The notes under the pieces: model-generated
Told to the model about the DNA's origin: nothing
The model's input: the letters and a program-made list of their open reading frames with translations, nothing else
The model's database searches: none
NCBI GenBank assembly: GCA_040386535.1
Contig: JAZKFH010000009.1
Coordinates: forward strand, 1-64,000
Length of the DNA stretch: 64,000 nt
DNA from: Myxococcota bacterium
Lineage (GTDB): Bacteria > Myxococcota_A > UBA796 > SXON01
Reading direction: 5' to 3'
Shown here: positions 18,504 through 28,783 of the stretch, in pieces
Position numbering within the stretch: position 1 is the stretch's first letter
How the letters are laid out: the number at the start of each line of letters is the position of its first letter
Position numbers and translations under genes: made by a program

Positions 18504-19673
18504 TCAGCGCGTGTGGAGCGCGGAGGTCGCCCGGGCCGTGGCGGGGAACGCGAGCGCGACGGCGCCGATGAGCAGCACCCCGGCGGCGTAGAAGGGCATC
18601 GCCGGCCCGCCCGAGGTGAAGAGGATCCCGCCGAGGGCGGGCCCCGTGGCACGGGCGAGCGCGCTGATCGACTGGGTGCTGCCGAGCACGGAGCCCTGGT
18701 CGGAGGCGGCCGCGCTCCGCGAGATGAGCGACTGGAGGCTGGGCGTCGCGAGCCCCTGGCCCACGGCGAGCAGCGCGAACACGCCCGCGAGGGCGTAGCC
18801 CGGGGGCGCGGTGGGGAGCGACACGATGCCGATGGTGAGCAGCCCCAGGCCGACCGGGACCAGGGGCCGCTCGCCGAACCGCTTGACGAGGCGCCCGATG
18901 AGGCCGCCCTGCACGATGATGCCGAGGATGCCGACCAGCCCGAACAGCCGGCCGATCTCCGCGGGGCGCATGCTGTGCGTCTCCTCGGCGAACAGGGTGA
19001 ACGTGCTCTCCATCAGCGCGAACGAGAACACCTGCACGAAGGTCAACGCGATGCAGAGGCCGATCGCGGGCGCGGTGATGGCGCTCCACAGCGCCGCGGG
19101 GGCGATCGAGCGGCGGGAGGGGACGGAGCCGGCGTGGAGTGTCTCCGGGAGCCAGGCGAGCGCGAGGACGAAGTTGAGCGCGGAGAGGCCGGCCGCGAGC
19201 CACAAGGGGAGGGTGAGGGAGGTCTCCGCCAGCTCGCCGCCGATGAACGGACCGAGCGTGAACCCGATGCCGAAGGCGGCGCCGATGAGCCCCATGCCCT
19301 TCGCGCGGTTCTCGGGCGTCGTGAGGTCCGCCATGCACGCCTGGGCGGTGGAGATGTTGGCCGTCATCGCGCCGTGGAGGGTGCGGAAGAGGAACAACAG
19401 CCACAACGTGCTCGCGGACGCGAAGCCGGCGAGCATCAGGGCGGTCAGGGCGACCGACACCAGCATCACAGGGCGGCGCCCGACGCGGTCGGAGAGCTGG
19501 CCCCAGAGCGGCGCCGCGACGAACTGCGCGAGCGAGTAGCAGGCCATCAGCAGGGTGACCTGCAGGGCCGAGGCCGAGAAGCTCTGGGCGTAGAAGGGGA
19601 GGAGCGGGATCACGATCCCGAAACCGACGAGGTCGAGGACCACCGTCAGGAACACCACGACGATGGGCTTCAT
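18504..19673 (-). CDS. MFS transporter, TetA/DHA1-like
   Basis: MKPIVVVFLTVVLDLVGFGIVIPLLP; motif A GQLSDRVGRRPV; GAAFGIGFTLGP; ~12 hydrophobic segments. Confidence 0.92.
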   Translation of the reverse strand: MKPIVVVFLTVVLDLVGFGIVIPLLPFYAQSFSASALQVTLLMACYSLAQFVAAPLWGQLSDRVGRRPVMLVSVALTALMLAGFASASTLWLLFLFRTLHGAMTANISTAQACMADLTTPENRAKGMGLIGAAFGIGFTLGPFIGGELAETSLTLPLWLAAGLSALNFVLALAWLPETLHAGSVPSRRSIAPAALWSAITAPAIGLCIALTFVQVFSFALMESTFTLFAEETHSMRPAEIGRLFGLVGILGIIVQGGLIGRLVKRFGERPLVPVGLGLLTIGIVSLPTAPPGYALAGVFALLAVGQGLATPSLQSLISRSAAASDQGSVLGSTQSISALARATGPALGGILFTSGGPAMPFYAAGVLLIGAVALAFPATARATSALHTR

Positions 19674-20446
19674 TCGGCGGCCATCAGCCCCAGGATGTCC
19701 GGGTGTACGCGCCCGTTCGTGGCGCAGACGCCGTCGACCAGGGGGTTCGCGCGGTTGAACACGTAGGGTTCGCCCCGGCGCGTGGTGGCGTTCCCGCCCG
19801 CGGCGAGCACCAGCGCGACGCCGCCGCAGATGTCCCACTCGTTCCGCGGCTGCGGCGTGAACGTGGCCTCGGCGTGCCCAGCGGCGACCAGGCCGAACTT
19901 GTAGGCGACCGAGCCGGTCGGCACGAGCGAGATGCGGTCGAGGTACTTGTCGAACCAGCCCTTCTTCGCCTCCGTGCGGCTGCACACGATGCGCGCGCCC
20001 TGCAGGCCCGCGTGGTTGCTCACCCTGCACGGCGCGCCGTTGAACGTGGCGCCCTCCCCCACGATGCCCGCGAACAGCTCCTCGCGGATGGGGTTGTAGA
20101 GCACGCCGAGGACCGGGCTACCCTTCACCACGAGCCCGATGCTGACGACGAACTCGGGGATGCCGAGGGTGAACTCCTTGGTGCCGTCGAGCGGGTCGAC
20201 GATCCACGCGCTCTCCGCCGAGAGGCGCGCCGGATCGTCCACCGACTCCTCCGAGAGCCAGCCGAAGTCCGGGAACGCGCCGCGCAGGCGCTCGGCCAGG
20301 ATCGCGTCCGCCGCGAGATCGGCCTCGGTCAAGGGATTGTCGCCGCCCTTGTCCAGCAGGATGGTCCGATCCTTGTAGAACCCGCGGATGGCCTCCCCGG
20401 CCTCGCGTGCTGCATCTACGGCGGTACGAAGCGCGAAATCCCGCAT
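19670..20446 (-). CDS. cysQ: 3'(2'),5'-bisphosphate nucleotidase / inositol monophosphatase family
   Basis: PLTEAD; LSEE; WIVDPLDGTKEF; EWDICGG. Confidence 0.8.
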   Translation of the reverse strand: MRDFALRTAVDAAREAGEAIRGFYKDRTILLDKGGDNPLTEADLAADAILAERLRGAFPDFGWLSEESVDDPARLSAESAWIVDPLDGTKEFTLGIPEFVVSIGLVVKGSPVLGVLYNPIREELFAGIVGEGATFNGAPCRVSNHAGLQGARIVCSRTEAKKGWFDKYLDRISLVPTGSVAYKFGLVAAGHAEATFTPQPRNEWDICGGVALVLAAGGNATTRRGEPYVFNRANPLVDGVCATNGRVHPDILGLMAAE

Positions 20447-20527
20447 GGGGCCTCCCGAAGCCCCACGGTCTAACCCGTCGTGGACCGCTCGGGAGGGCCC
20501 GCGCGGGAGGGGGCGTGTCGGGCCCGG

Positions 20528-21979
20528 TTATTCGGCTTCCGATGCCGCGCGCGTGAGGATCACCAGCTCTGCGATGCTGTCGCCGTCCAGGTCGGTGGTG
20601 GCGAGCGTGCCGCCGGTCTCGAGGTACTGGCGGTCCGCCGCGATGGTGGTGGGGGCGCTGCTCATGAACTGGACCGTGGGCCACGCGGTGTAGGGGCCCC
20701 ACCAGACCGTTGCTGCGCCCGCGCGGGTCCCGGACGCGAGGCCTGAGCGGTTCGTGCCCGGGGCGCCGATCACGAGGTCGTTCACCCCGTCGCCGTCGAG
20801 GTCGGCGATGCGCACGGACGCGCCGACGCGCCCGCGCGAGTACTCGCCGTGGAGCGTCCGCGCGGCGCCCGGCGTCGCGACGATGCCGCTCTCGAGCCGG
20901 GCGCGGATCTCGTCGCCGGCGAAGATCAGCACCGCGCCCGCCGCGTCGTTGCCCCCGGTCCCGCCGTCCGTGCCGGGCGCGCCCACGACGATCTCGCTGA
21001 GCCCGTCGCCGTCGAGATCACCCACCGCGAGCGAGCTCCCGAAGTTGGCGCCCGCCTCGCTCCCGGTCAGGGTGACGTCCGGCGCGGCCGACGGGTCGAC
21101 GGGGCTGGTCCAGATCGACACGGCGCCCGCGCCGTCCCGCGCCGCGCCGCTCGCGTACGGGGCGGCCACCACGAGCTCGGGCGCCGCGTCGTCGTCGAGC
21201 GAGGCCACACACGCGACGGCCGCGCCGAACCGGGCGCCGTCGCCGCTGCCGAAGAGCCGAGGGAGGTCGCCGCTCGACGCGGGGAACGACAGGGGCGTCG
21301 TGGAGAGGCCGAGGGTGAGGGAGCCCGTGAGGTCGAGGCTGCTGGTGGAGGCCCACGGGGCCGTGGCGACCCAGTCGCCCTGCGCGTCCCCATCGAGGTC
21401 GCCGCACGCCCACACGCCCTCGCCGAAGTGGTCCTCCGCGGCCTCGCCGAGCACGACCTGTGGCGCGGGCAGCCCGCCGAGCGAGGCGTCGGCGCCCTCG
21501 TAGAGCACGACGGCGCCGACCGCCGAGAGGGTGGGCCCGTTCGCGCGCGCGGGCGCCCCGACGAGCAGCCGCGTCCCCCCGTCGGGGCCGGTGCCCATGG
21601 CGACGGACGCGCCGAAGCGGTCACCGGTGGCGCCGCCGGCGAGCACGGTCGGGCCCGCGGCGCCGATGAGGCCCGCCCCGTCGTACCAGCGGACCTCGCC
21701 CACGGCGGGCACGCCCACCAGGAACCCGTGCTCGACACCGAGGACCGCCCAGTCGAAGCCGTCGGAATCGGCGCCGCCGGCCTCGAAGGTGGGCGCGAGG
21801 GCGTCCACGTCGGTGGCCGCGAGATCCTCCGCGCTGAAGACCCCGAGAGACGCCCGCGGGTAGAGCGCGCCGCAGGCGGCGCCTTCGCACGGCACGGGGC
21901 ACCCCGACAACAACCCGGCAAAGAGGGGCAGGAGGCCCCTGTAAGGTCGATCGAACGGTGTTAATGGCGTCGACAACAT
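20528..21979 (-). CDS. FG-GAP/integrin-alpha repeat lipoprotein (start uncertain)
   Basis: LLSGC lipobox; repeated FGxS/A...GDLDGDG...VVGAP...GAV motifs. Confidence 0.8.
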   Translation of the reverse strand: MLSTPLTPFDRPYRGLLPLFAGLLSGCPVPCEGAACGALYPRASLGVFSAEDLAATDVDALAPTFEAGGADSDGFDWAVLGVEHGFLVGVPAVGEVRWYDGAGLIGAAGPTVLAGGATGDRFGASVAMGTGPDGGTRLLVGAPARANGPTLSAVGAVVLYEGADASLGGLPAPQVVLGEAAEDHFGEGVWACGDLDGDAQGDWVATAPWASTSSLDLTGSLTLGLSTTPLSFPASSGDLPRLFGSGDGARFGAAVACVASLDDDAAPELVVAAPYASGAARDGAGAVSIWTSPVDPSAAPDVTLTGSEAGANFGSSLAVGDLDGDGLSEIVVGAPGTDGGTGGNDAAGAVLIFAGDEIRARLESGIVATPGAARTLHGEYSRGRVGASVRIADLDGDGVNDLVIGAPGTNRSGLASGTRAGAATVWWGPYTAWPTVQFMSSAPTTIAADRQYLETGGTLATTDLDGDSIAELVILTRAASEAE

Positions 21980-21997
21980 CCGGCCTCGGGAGCTCGC

Positions 21998-23272
21998 ATG
22001 CCGCAGGTATACACGGTCATCCTTGGTGGGGGGCGGGGGCAGCGGCTCTACCCGCTCACGATGCATCGCGCCAAACCCGCCGTGCCGGTGGGGGGAAAGT
22101 ACCGTCTCATCGACATCCCGCTGTCGAACGCCATCAATTCGGGGTTCCGGCACATCGCGGTGTTGACCCAGTACAATTCCGCCTCGCTCAACTCCCACAT
22201 CACCAACACCTACCGCTTCGACATGTTCGGGCAGGGGCAGGTCGAGGTGCTCGCGGCCGAGCAGACGGATGACGGTGGGGACTGGTACCAGGGCACCGCG
22301 GATGCCGTGCGCAAGCAGATCCGACGGCTCACGGCGTGGGGTGTGGAGCACCTCATCATCCTGTCGGGGGATCATCTCTACCGGATGAACTACCGCGAGA
22401 TGTACGAGCGCCACATCGCGACCGACGCAGACGCGACGATGAGCGTCATCCCGGTGCCTCGCGCGGAGGTCACCGGGCTCGGCGTCCTCTCCGTCGACGA
22501 GCAGGGGCAGGTGGTCGCGTTCCGGGAGAAGCCGCGTCCGGACGAGGACATCTCGGAGATGCGCTCGCCGCCGCCGCTCCGCCGCGCCTGGAACCTCGAG
22601 GACAACGAGTTCCTCGTGAGCATGGGCGTCTACATCTTCCGCCTCTCCGCCCTCCGCGAGATCCTGGCGAACCCCGCCAACATGGACTTCGGAAAACACA
22701 TCCTCCCCGACATGATCCGGACCCACAAGGTCTCGGCGCACCTGTTCCGCGGGTACTGGCGGGACATCGGCACGATCGCGAGCCTCTACGAGGCGAACCT
22801 CGCGCTCACCGAGGAGGAGCCCTCCTTCCGCTTCCACCACGCGGACGGCCCGATCTACACTCGCCAACGGTTCCTTCCGGCCAGCAAGCTGCTCGACGCC
22901 GCCGTGCGACGCAGCATCCTCTCGGACGGGTGCCTGCTGTTCGGGGGCGAGCTCGACCACTGCGTGATCGGCATCCGCTCGCGCGTGCAGAAGGGCGCGG
23001 TCCTCAAGGACGTCGTCATGATGGGCGCCGACTACTACGAGGACGACGACGTGCGTGCCGCCAACCTCGATCGGGGTATCCAGCCCGTCGGCGTCGGTCG
23101 TGGCTGCCTCATCGAGCGCGCCATCCTCGACAAGAACGCGCGGATCGGCCCCGGATGCATCATCCGCGGCGGCGTCGATCGCCCCGATCAGGACGGCGAT
23201 GGCTGGTACGTCCGGGACGGCATCGTCATCGTCCCCAAGGACGCCACGTTGCCCGAAGGGACCGTCGTCTGA
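21998..23272 (+). CDS. glgC: Glucose-1-phosphate adenylyltransferase
   Basis: ILGGGRGQRLYPLT..RAKPAVP.GGKYRLIDIP.SN; WYQGTADAV; LSGDHLYRM; EKP; DFG; YWRDIGT. Confidence 0.96.
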   Translation: MPQVYTVILGGGRGQRLYPLTMHRAKPAVPVGGKYRLIDIPLSNAINSGFRHIAVLTQYNSASLNSHITNTYRFDMFGQGQVEVLAAEQTDDGGDWYQGTADAVRKQIRRLTAWGVEHLIILSGDHLYRMNYREMYERHIATDADATMSVIPVPRAEVTGLGVLSVDEQGQVVAFREKPRPDEDISEMRSPPPLRRAWNLEDNEFLVSMGVYIFRLSALREILANPANMDFGKHILPDMIRTHKVSAHLFRGYWRDIGTIASLYEANLALTEEEPSFRFHHADGPIYTRQRFLPASKLLDAAVRRSILSDGCLLFGGELDHCVIGIRSRVQKGAVLKDVVMMGADYYEDDDVRAANLDRGIQPVGVGRGCLIERAILDKNARIGPGCIIRGGVDRPDQDGDGWYVRDGIVIVPKDATLPEGTVV

Positions 23273-23320
23273 CGGAGCGGGCTGACGGAGCGGTCTGATC
23301 GGAGCGGGCTGATCGGAGCG
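23269..23320. repeat. Four tandem 13-14 bp direct repeats CTGA(T)CGGAGCG(G/C) beginning at the glgC stop
   Basis: ctgacggagcggg / ctgacggagcggt / ctgatcggagcggg / ctgatcggagcg. Confidence 0.85.
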
Positions 23321-23353
23321 CTCGGCGGCCGCGAGGTCGCCGAGCGACGGGGC

Positions 23354-24199
23354 CTACTTGCCGCCGCTCTTCTTCTTCGCGGGCTTCGGCGGCACGACCG
23401 GGACCATGTCCTCGACGTGCTTCGCGACCATGAACTCGACGCGCCGGTTGGCGTCCCACGCGGCTTCGGTCTCCGCGGGATCGACCGGAACGGACTCCCC
23501 GAAGCCGGCCGCGAGCAGCCGGTCCGCGGGGATGCCGGACTTGACCAGGTACTCGACCACGGCGGCGGAGCGCCCCTCGGACAACTTCTGGTTGTACTCG
23601 GCTTCGCCGCGGCTGTCGGTGTGGCCCTCGATGCGCACGAGGATGACCTCGGGGTGCGCCTTGAGCGCGGTCGCCACAGCGTCGAGCAGGCCGAAGCTCT
23701 CCGCGAGGATGACGGCGCTCTCGAGCTCGAAGTAGATCTTGTCCGACAGGTCGATGCGGTCCCGCTTGACGGTCACCGCGATCGGCGGGGCGATGCGGGG
23801 CATCGGGCCGACACGGATGGCGAAGGTGCGGGTGATCCCGGTGGGGACCTTGAGCGCCACGGTGTGGAGGCCGAACTTCAGGCCTTCGAGCCGCATGGTC
23901 GTGTAGGGCCCGATGGTGCCGATCGGGAGGCCGTTCACCGCCACCTCGGCCCAGGAGGCCAGGGGGTTGGTGAAGACCAGCGCGCGCTCGGTCTGCGCGG
24001 CGAGGTTCGGCACGTCCTCCACGTCGGCGGCGAACGGGGGCTTGACGGGCGCGAGCTGCTCGAGGGCGACCACGGGGTCGACCACGAGCGACTCGAGGCC
24101 CGAGAACGGTGCCTTCGTCCACAGGTTGTTCACCTCGTACGTGGTGACGTGCGTGGCGTTCGCGAGGCCGAAGAGGGAGAACAGGAGCATGGAGAGCAA
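23354..24199 (-). CDS. OmpA-family peptidoglycan-binding protein with signal peptide
   Basis: IYFE...VRIEGHTDSRG..EYNQKLSEGRS..V..YL...GFGESVP...NRRVEF. Confidence 0.92.
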   Translation of the reverse strand: MLSMLLFSLFGLANATHVTTYEVNNLWTKAPFSGLESLVVDPVVALEQLAPVKPPFAADVEDVPNLAAQTERALVFTNPLASWAEVAVNGLPIGTIGPYTTMRLEGLKFGLHTVALKVPTGITRTFAIRVGPMPRIAPPIAVTVKRDRIDLSDKIYFELESAVILAESFGLLDAVATALKAHPEVILVRIEGHTDSRGEAEYNQKLSEGRSAAVVEYLVKSGIPADRLLAAGFGESVPVDPAETEAAWDANRRVEFMVAKHVEDMVPVVPPKPAKKKSGGK

Positions 24200-24200
24200 C

Positions 24201-25088
24201 CTACCGCGGGGTGAGACCTTCGTATCCGGTCAGTTCCCTGCTCATCACGTCGCTCCCGTCATCCAGGTTCGTATTTGTTTCACGAACGAGGCCCAGGCCC
24301 GCCACGTACCACTGCTCGATCTCGCCGTTGATCTGCGAGAAACCGCCGACGTCCATCATGTAGGTGTTCTTGATGTGGTACGCGTCGTACGTGGTGCCGT
24401 CGTACAGCTCGATGCTGCTCAACGGCATCTCGAGGTAGGTCCCGTTGACCGTGAGGTTCATCGGGAGCCCGCTGAAGTCGACCTCCGTCGTGTAGGCGTA
24501 CGTCCAGGACGAGCCGGCGCCGAGCTCCGCCTCGGGCGGGAGGTACTTGCGCGGCTCGCTCGGGGTGCCGTACATCATGCCGAGCCCGGCGTCGGCTTCC
24601 CACTCCAGCATGTACATGCCGGTCACGCCGCCGTAGTCACAGCCGTTCCAGAGGGTGCCCGACCAGCCGCCGGTGGAGGTGGTGACCTCGTCGTACATCA
24701 TGTACGCCCGGTCGCCCTCGGTGCTGTAGCCGAAGCCCCAGCCTTCCTGCTGGCCGGTGCCCGCCGTGCCCGCGACGGTCACGTCGTAGTAGCGGATGTA
24801 GCCCGACTCCTCGAGAGGGTCGTACCGGTTGGTGCAGAGCTCCTCGACGCCGGTGTCCGTGTCGGTATCGGTGTCCGTGTCGGTATCGGAATCCGCGTCG
24901 GTATCGGAGTCCGTGTCCGTGTCCGAGTCGGCATCGGTGTCCGAGTCGGTGTCGGTATCCGTGTCGGTGTCGGTTTCGTTCGTGTCCCCCGAGTCCTGGC
25001 CCACGTCATCCGTGGGCTTGTCCTGCTGGTAGGAGGGCCCGTCACAACCGGCGGCAAGAAGGAGTGCGGAGTAGATGGAGAGCTTCAC
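24201..25088 (-). CDS. Lipoprotein with (DT)n linker and C-terminal beta-sheet domain ending in a WYxxGxGLV motif (DUF3108/TapB-like)
   Basis: Lipobox LAAGC; DTDTDSDTDAD repeat at ~24853-24975; QWYVAGLGLVRE. Confidence 0.7.
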   Translation of the reverse strand: MKLSIYSALLLAAGCDGPSYQQDKPTDDVGQDSGDTNETDTDTDTDTDSDTDADSDTDTDSDTDADSDTDTDTDTDTDTGVEELCTNRYDPLEESGYIRYYDVTVAGTAGTGQQEGWGFGYSTEGDRAYMMYDEVTTSTGGWSGTLWNGCDYGGVTGMYMLEWEADAGLGMMYGTPSEPRKYLPPEAELGAGSSWTYAYTTEVDFSGLPMNLTVNGTYLEMPLSSIELYDGTTYDAYHIKNTYMMDVGGFSQINGEIEQWYVAGLGLVRETNTNLDDGSDVMSRELTGYEGLTPR

Positions 25089-25135
25089 GTGACCTCGGCG
25101 ATGCGGCCGGCACGATTACCATGAGATTATCCGCC

Positions 25136-26329
25136 ATGGCAACAGGTCATCCTTTCGAGCAGATCCTCGTCCGCGGCATCCGCCAGCTCTGGACCGGCAC
25201 CGAGGTGCTGGACCACGCGGCCGTGCTCCTCGCCGAGGGGCGCGTGGCCTGGGTGGGCCTCGAAGCGGACGCGCCCTCGGCAACCTCCGAATTCGACGCT
25301 GCGGGGGCCATCGGGATGCCCGGGCTCGTGGATCCCCACACCCACGCCACCTACGCGGGGTCCCGCGCGGCGGACTTCGAGCGTCGCCTCGCGGGGGAGT
25401 CCTACACGGCCATCCTCGAGGCCGGCGGCGGGATCCACGCCACGGTCGCGGCGACCCGCGCCGCCACCGAGGATCAGCTGGTCGAGCTCACGCGCGCGCG
25501 CCTCCAGCAGATGCTGGCGTACGGGGTGACGACGGTCGAGATCAAGAGCGGCTACGGGCTGACTGCCGCCGACGAAGCCAAGATGCTCCGGGCCGCGCGC
25601 CGCGCCGCCGGTCCCGTCGACGTCGTGACGACCTTCCTCGGGGCCCACGCGCGGCCCCCGGGGGAGGCCGATTACGTCGATCGGGTCATCGACGAGCAGC
25701 TCCCGCTCTGCGCTCCGCTGGCCGACGCGATCGACGTGTACTGCGATCGGGGCGCGTTCACCCTCGCGGAGGCGGAGCGCGTGTTGCGCGCGGGCCAGGC
25801 GCTGGGGCTCGCGGTCCGCATCCACGCCGAGCAGGTGGCATTCACGGGCGCCGCCGCGATGGCGGCCTCGCTCGGCGCGTTGTCGGCCGATCACCTCGAG
25901 CAGATCGACGACGCGGGGATCCGCGCCATGGCCGCCGCGGGGACCGTGGCGGTGCTCCTCCCCGGGGCGATGTTGTACCTGCGGGACCCATCCCCACCGG
26001 TGGCGCGCCTCCGGGCGGCGGGAGTGCCCCTGGCGATCGGCACCGATCTGAACCCCGGATCCTCGCCCGTGCGCGACCTCTGGTCCTGCGCCACGCTCGC
26101 CTGCGTGACGATGGGCCTGACGGTCCACGAGGCCCTGGCCGGCATCACCCTCCACGCCGCGAAGGCGGTGGGTCGGCCGGATCGTGGCTGGCTCGGCCCC
26201 GGCGCGAAGGGCGACCTTGCGCTCTACGATCCGCCTCCTGGCGAGCCCGCCGAGCTGCGGGTGCTCGTGCAGTACATCGGTGGCCACCGCGCGAAGGCGG
26301 TGTTCAAGGACGGACGCCGGGTGGTGTGA
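25136..26329 (+). CDS. hutI: Imidazolonepropionase
   Basis: PGLVDPHTH; GGGI..TV.ATR; GVTTVEIKSGYGL; TFLGAH; HAEQ; SADHLE; TDLNPGSSP. Confidence 0.93.
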   Translation: MATGHPFEQILVRGIRQLWTGTEVLDHAAVLLAEGRVAWVGLEADAPSATSEFDAAGAIGMPGLVDPHTHATYAGSRAADFERRLAGESYTAILEAGGGIHATVAATRAATEDQLVELTRARLQQMLAYGVTTVEIKSGYGLTAADEAKMLRAARRAAGPVDVVTTFLGAHARPPGEADYVDRVIDEQLPLCAPLADAIDVYCDRGAFTLAEAERVLRAGQALGLAVRIHAEQVAFTGAAAMAASLGALSADHLEQIDDAGIRAMAAAGTVAVLLPGAMLYLRDPSPPVARLRAAGVPLAIGTDLNPGSSPVRDLWSCATLACVTMGLTVHEALAGITLHAAKAVGRPDRGWLGPGAKGDLALYDPPPGEPAELRVLVQYIGGHRAKAVFKDGRRVV

Positions 26330-26346
26330 CGCCCGCCGCGGATCGG

Positions 26347-26793
26347 TCAGACCGCGATGTCCTCGTTCCAGACCGTCGGGTAGCGCGTGATGAACGTGCG
26401 CATCAGCTCGACCGCCTCGGGCAGATCGAGGTTCACGACCTCGACACCACGCGCGCGCAGCAGGGCCTCGGCGCCGAGGAACGTCGTGTTCTCGGCGAGC
26501 ACGACCCGCGGGATCTTGAAGAGCAGGGCCGCGCCGGCGCACATGTCGCACGGCGAGAGCGTCGTGTAGAGGGTGGCGCGGGCGTACGCCGACGCGGGCA
26601 GGCGGCCGGCGGCCTGCAAGCAGTCCATCTCGCCGTGGAGGATGGCGTTGCCCTGTTGCACACGCCGATTACGGCCGCTGGCGACGAGCTCGCCGTCGAT
26701 CACGAGCGCGGAGCCGATCGGCACGCCACCCTCGGCCAGGCCCTGGCGGGCTTCCCGGAGCGCGGCTTCCATGAAGCGGAGATCGTCGTTCAT
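26347..26793 (-). CDS. Zn-dependent nucleoside/cytosine deaminase (CDA fold)
   Basis: [32 protein letters not shown]. Confidence 0.9.
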   Translation of the reverse strand: MNDDLRFMEAALREARQGLAEGGVPIGSALVIDGELVASGRNRRVQQGNAILHGEMDCLQAAGRLPASAYARATLYTTLSPCDMCAGAALLFKIPRVVLAENTTFLGAEALLRARGVEVVNLDLPEAVELMRTFITRYPTVWNEDIAV

Positions 26794-26890
26794 ACGCCCA
26801 GGTAACGGTTTGTCCCGAGCCCGGCCGCTGGCCGGTCACCGGCGTATGCGGCGGGCACGAGATATGCGGGTCGCCCGTGTAGGAGGGTCG

Positions 26891-27184
26891 ATGGTCGGCT
26901 TTGGAATGCCTGGAATGACCGAGTGGATCGTCATCCTCGTCATCGTCCTCATCTTCTTCGGCGCGGGCAAGCTGCCGGATGTCTTCGCGCAGGCGGGCAA
27001 GGGCCTCAAGGCGTTCAAGGACGCCTCCGAGGGGCGGCCCACGGGCACCAAGGCCGACGAGGACGAGGACGAGGCAGCTCCACCTCGCAAGCAGCTGGCG
27101 TCTCGCGATCCGGACGACCTGGACGACGAGCCGGTGGAAGAGGGGGCGTCGAGCGCGCCCAAGCAGCGTCGCCGCCCCGGGTAG
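26891..27184 (+). CDS. tatA: Twin-arginine translocase TatA/TatE subunit
   Basis: [32 protein letters not shown]...GKGLKAFK. Confidence 0.9.
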   Translation: MVGFGMPGMTEWIVILVIVLIFFGAGKLPDVFAQAGKGLKAFKDASEGRPTGTKADEDEDEAAPPRKQLASRDPDDLDDEPVEEGASSAPKQRRRPG

Positions 27185-27202
27185 GCCCTTCGGGGCGGAC
27201 GT

Positions 27203-28009
27203 TCAGGGGGGATCGGCCGCGGTGGTCCGTGCCGCGAGCAGCGCCGTCACTTCCGCGCGCAGCTCGGGCGTGAGCACCTGGGACGTCGAGAGCTCGGCCA
27301 GGTGCTGCCGGAGCAGCGTGGGGAGCAGCGGCGCGGCCAGCGAGAACGGGCTCGAGGGGTTGAACGCCAGCGTCTTGCGCACGCGGTAGCGCTGGCCCCA
27401 GCGCAGATGCGCCGCGACACGCTCGAGGATGGCCGCCGATGTGGGGCGCATCGCCGCGATCCGCACGACATCCCGCTCGGTGATGCGCGGGTTGTCGAGC
27501 AGCGCGGCGATCACGCGCGGATCCCGGTCGTGCAGCAGCCGATCGAGCACGAGGCGGTCGACGCTCCGCGCGGCCGAGGTTCGCTGGCCCGCGGACACGT
27601 CGAGGTGGGGGTTGTGCGGCTCGACGCGCTTGCCGGCACCGCGCCCGCCGAGGAAACGTGCGGAGAGCCGGGGGAGGTCCGCCGCGCGGGACGCCGCGTA
27701 CAACTCGGCGATGCGGTCGTACGGGAGGTCGTTCAACACCGAGGGGGTCAGCGCGAGCTCGGCCGAGAGCGAGCGGCAGGCGGCGTCGCCATTCGCCGCG
27801 CGGGCGTCGATGCGCGCCAGGACGCCGAGCAGCGATCCGTCGTCCGTCTCGGCCAACAGGTCGGCGAGCACGGTCCGGCGCAGGGCCCGATCGGCCACGG
27901 AGGCGAAGCGACGCAGCCAGATCCCGACGTGGGGATCGGCTTGTTCCGGGTGCGCGATCAGCGCCCGGGCTCGTGTCACGACTGCGGGAGGCGCCGCGTC
28001 CATGCGCAC
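27203..28009 (-). CDS. Conserved-looking hypothetical helical-repeat protein
   Basis: LDRLLHDRDPRVIAALLDNPRITERDVVRIAA...VRKTLAFNP repeats; fills the gap between neighbours. Confidence 0.65.
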   Translation of the reverse strand: MRMDAAPPAVVTRARALIAHPEQADPHVGIWLRRFASVADRALRRTVLADLLAETDDGSLLGVLARIDARAANGDAACRSLSAELALTPSVLNDLPYDRIAELYAASRAADLPRLSARFLGGRGAGKRVEPHNPHLDVSAGQRTSAARSVDRLVLDRLLHDRDPRVIAALLDNPRITERDVVRIAAMRPTSAAILERVAAHLRWGQRYRVRKTLAFNPSSPFSLAAPLLPTLLRQHLAELSTSQVLTPELRAEVTALLAARTTAADPP

Positions 28010-28057
28010 GCCTATCCGACGGCGGCCCGTCGTGCGGACCGGTTACGGTCCCGCCCC

Positions 28058-28567
28058 ATGCCGCCTCCGCTCTCGAACTCCGTCGTCGCGCTCGTCGCCA
28101 CGGGCGTCTTCGGCGCCTACATCGGCCTGTCTGGCTGCAAGGCGGCCGCGCCGACCTCACCCGAGCAGTGCGCCGCGATGAGCGAGGCCCCCGCACGTGA
28201 CGAGTGCTACCTGGTGGTCGCGCCCGGTGTCTTCGCGACCGACGCCAAGGCCGGGATCACGCTGGTAGAGACCGGCATCACCGATCCCCTCACGCGCGAC
28301 ATGGCCTGGTACACCGTCACCAAGACCGTGGATCCGTACTCCAACAAGTACTGCGATCGGATCCAGGACGCGACGGTCGCCCAGCGCTGCCGGACCGTCG
28401 TGAGCCGCCCGCACCTGCACCGCGAGCTCACCGGGAAGGGTGGCGCGCCGGAGGGTGGCGGGCCCGGCGCTGGAGGTCCGCCCGGTGGCGGGCCGGGCGT
28501 GGGTGGGCCGCCCGTGGGTGGGCCGCCGGGATCGGGAGCGCCGGCCGAGGGGCCGCCGAAGCCCTGA
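28058..28567 (+). CDS. Hypothetical Cys-containing lipoprotein with Gly/Pro-rich tail
   Basis: Hydrophobic N-terminus plus LSGC; C..M.....RDEC and C..I.D.....RC pairs; GGPP repeats. Confidence 0.7.
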   Translation: MPPPLSNSVVALVATGVFGAYIGLSGCKAAAPTSPEQCAAMSEAPARDECYLVVAPGVFATDAKAGITLVETGITDPLTRDMAWYTVTKTVDPYSNKYCDRIQDATVAQRCRTVVSRPHLHRELTGKGGAPEGGGPGAGGPPGGGPGVGGPPVGGPPGSGAPAEGPPKP

Positions 28568-28614
28568 TTCGAGTCTGGCGACGATGCGGCAGGGGCTTGC
28601 GAGGGGCCCCGGGC

Positions 28615-28650
28615 AAAACGAAGAACGGCTCCCCAGGGGGAGCCGTTCTC
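28615..28650 (-). terminator. Rho-independent terminator (possibly bidirectional)
   Basis: agaacggctcccc / ggggagccgttct inverted repeat, followed on the minus strand by TCGTTTTG. Confidence 0.75.
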
Positions 28651-28777
28651 TTTGTGTTGCGGATGAGAGAAAGAGTCCCCCCCGCCATTCCCTCACCGCA
28701 AGAGATGGAGGAGACGCTTGACGTTGCCGGGTGGAAGTCTGCCGGGGGGGACTGAACTCTTCCTCAACCGCGAGGAT
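28615..28777 (-). ncRNA. Putative ~160-nt small RNA (long imperfect hairpin plus terminator), family not recognised
   Basis: Intergenic. Promoter TTGCCA-N17-TACACT lies directly upstream. 28657-28773 folds back on itself (agtccccccc/gggggggact core), followed by a terminator hairpin and U-tract. Confidence 0.6.
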
Positions 28778-28783
28778 GATTGG

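Noticed and set aside
28615..28777. Assignment of the structured RNA as SRP RNA, 6S RNA or tRNA
   Set aside because: No SRP domain IV motif, no large central bubble and no cloverleaf or T-loop could be seen. It is left as an unassigned putative sRNA.
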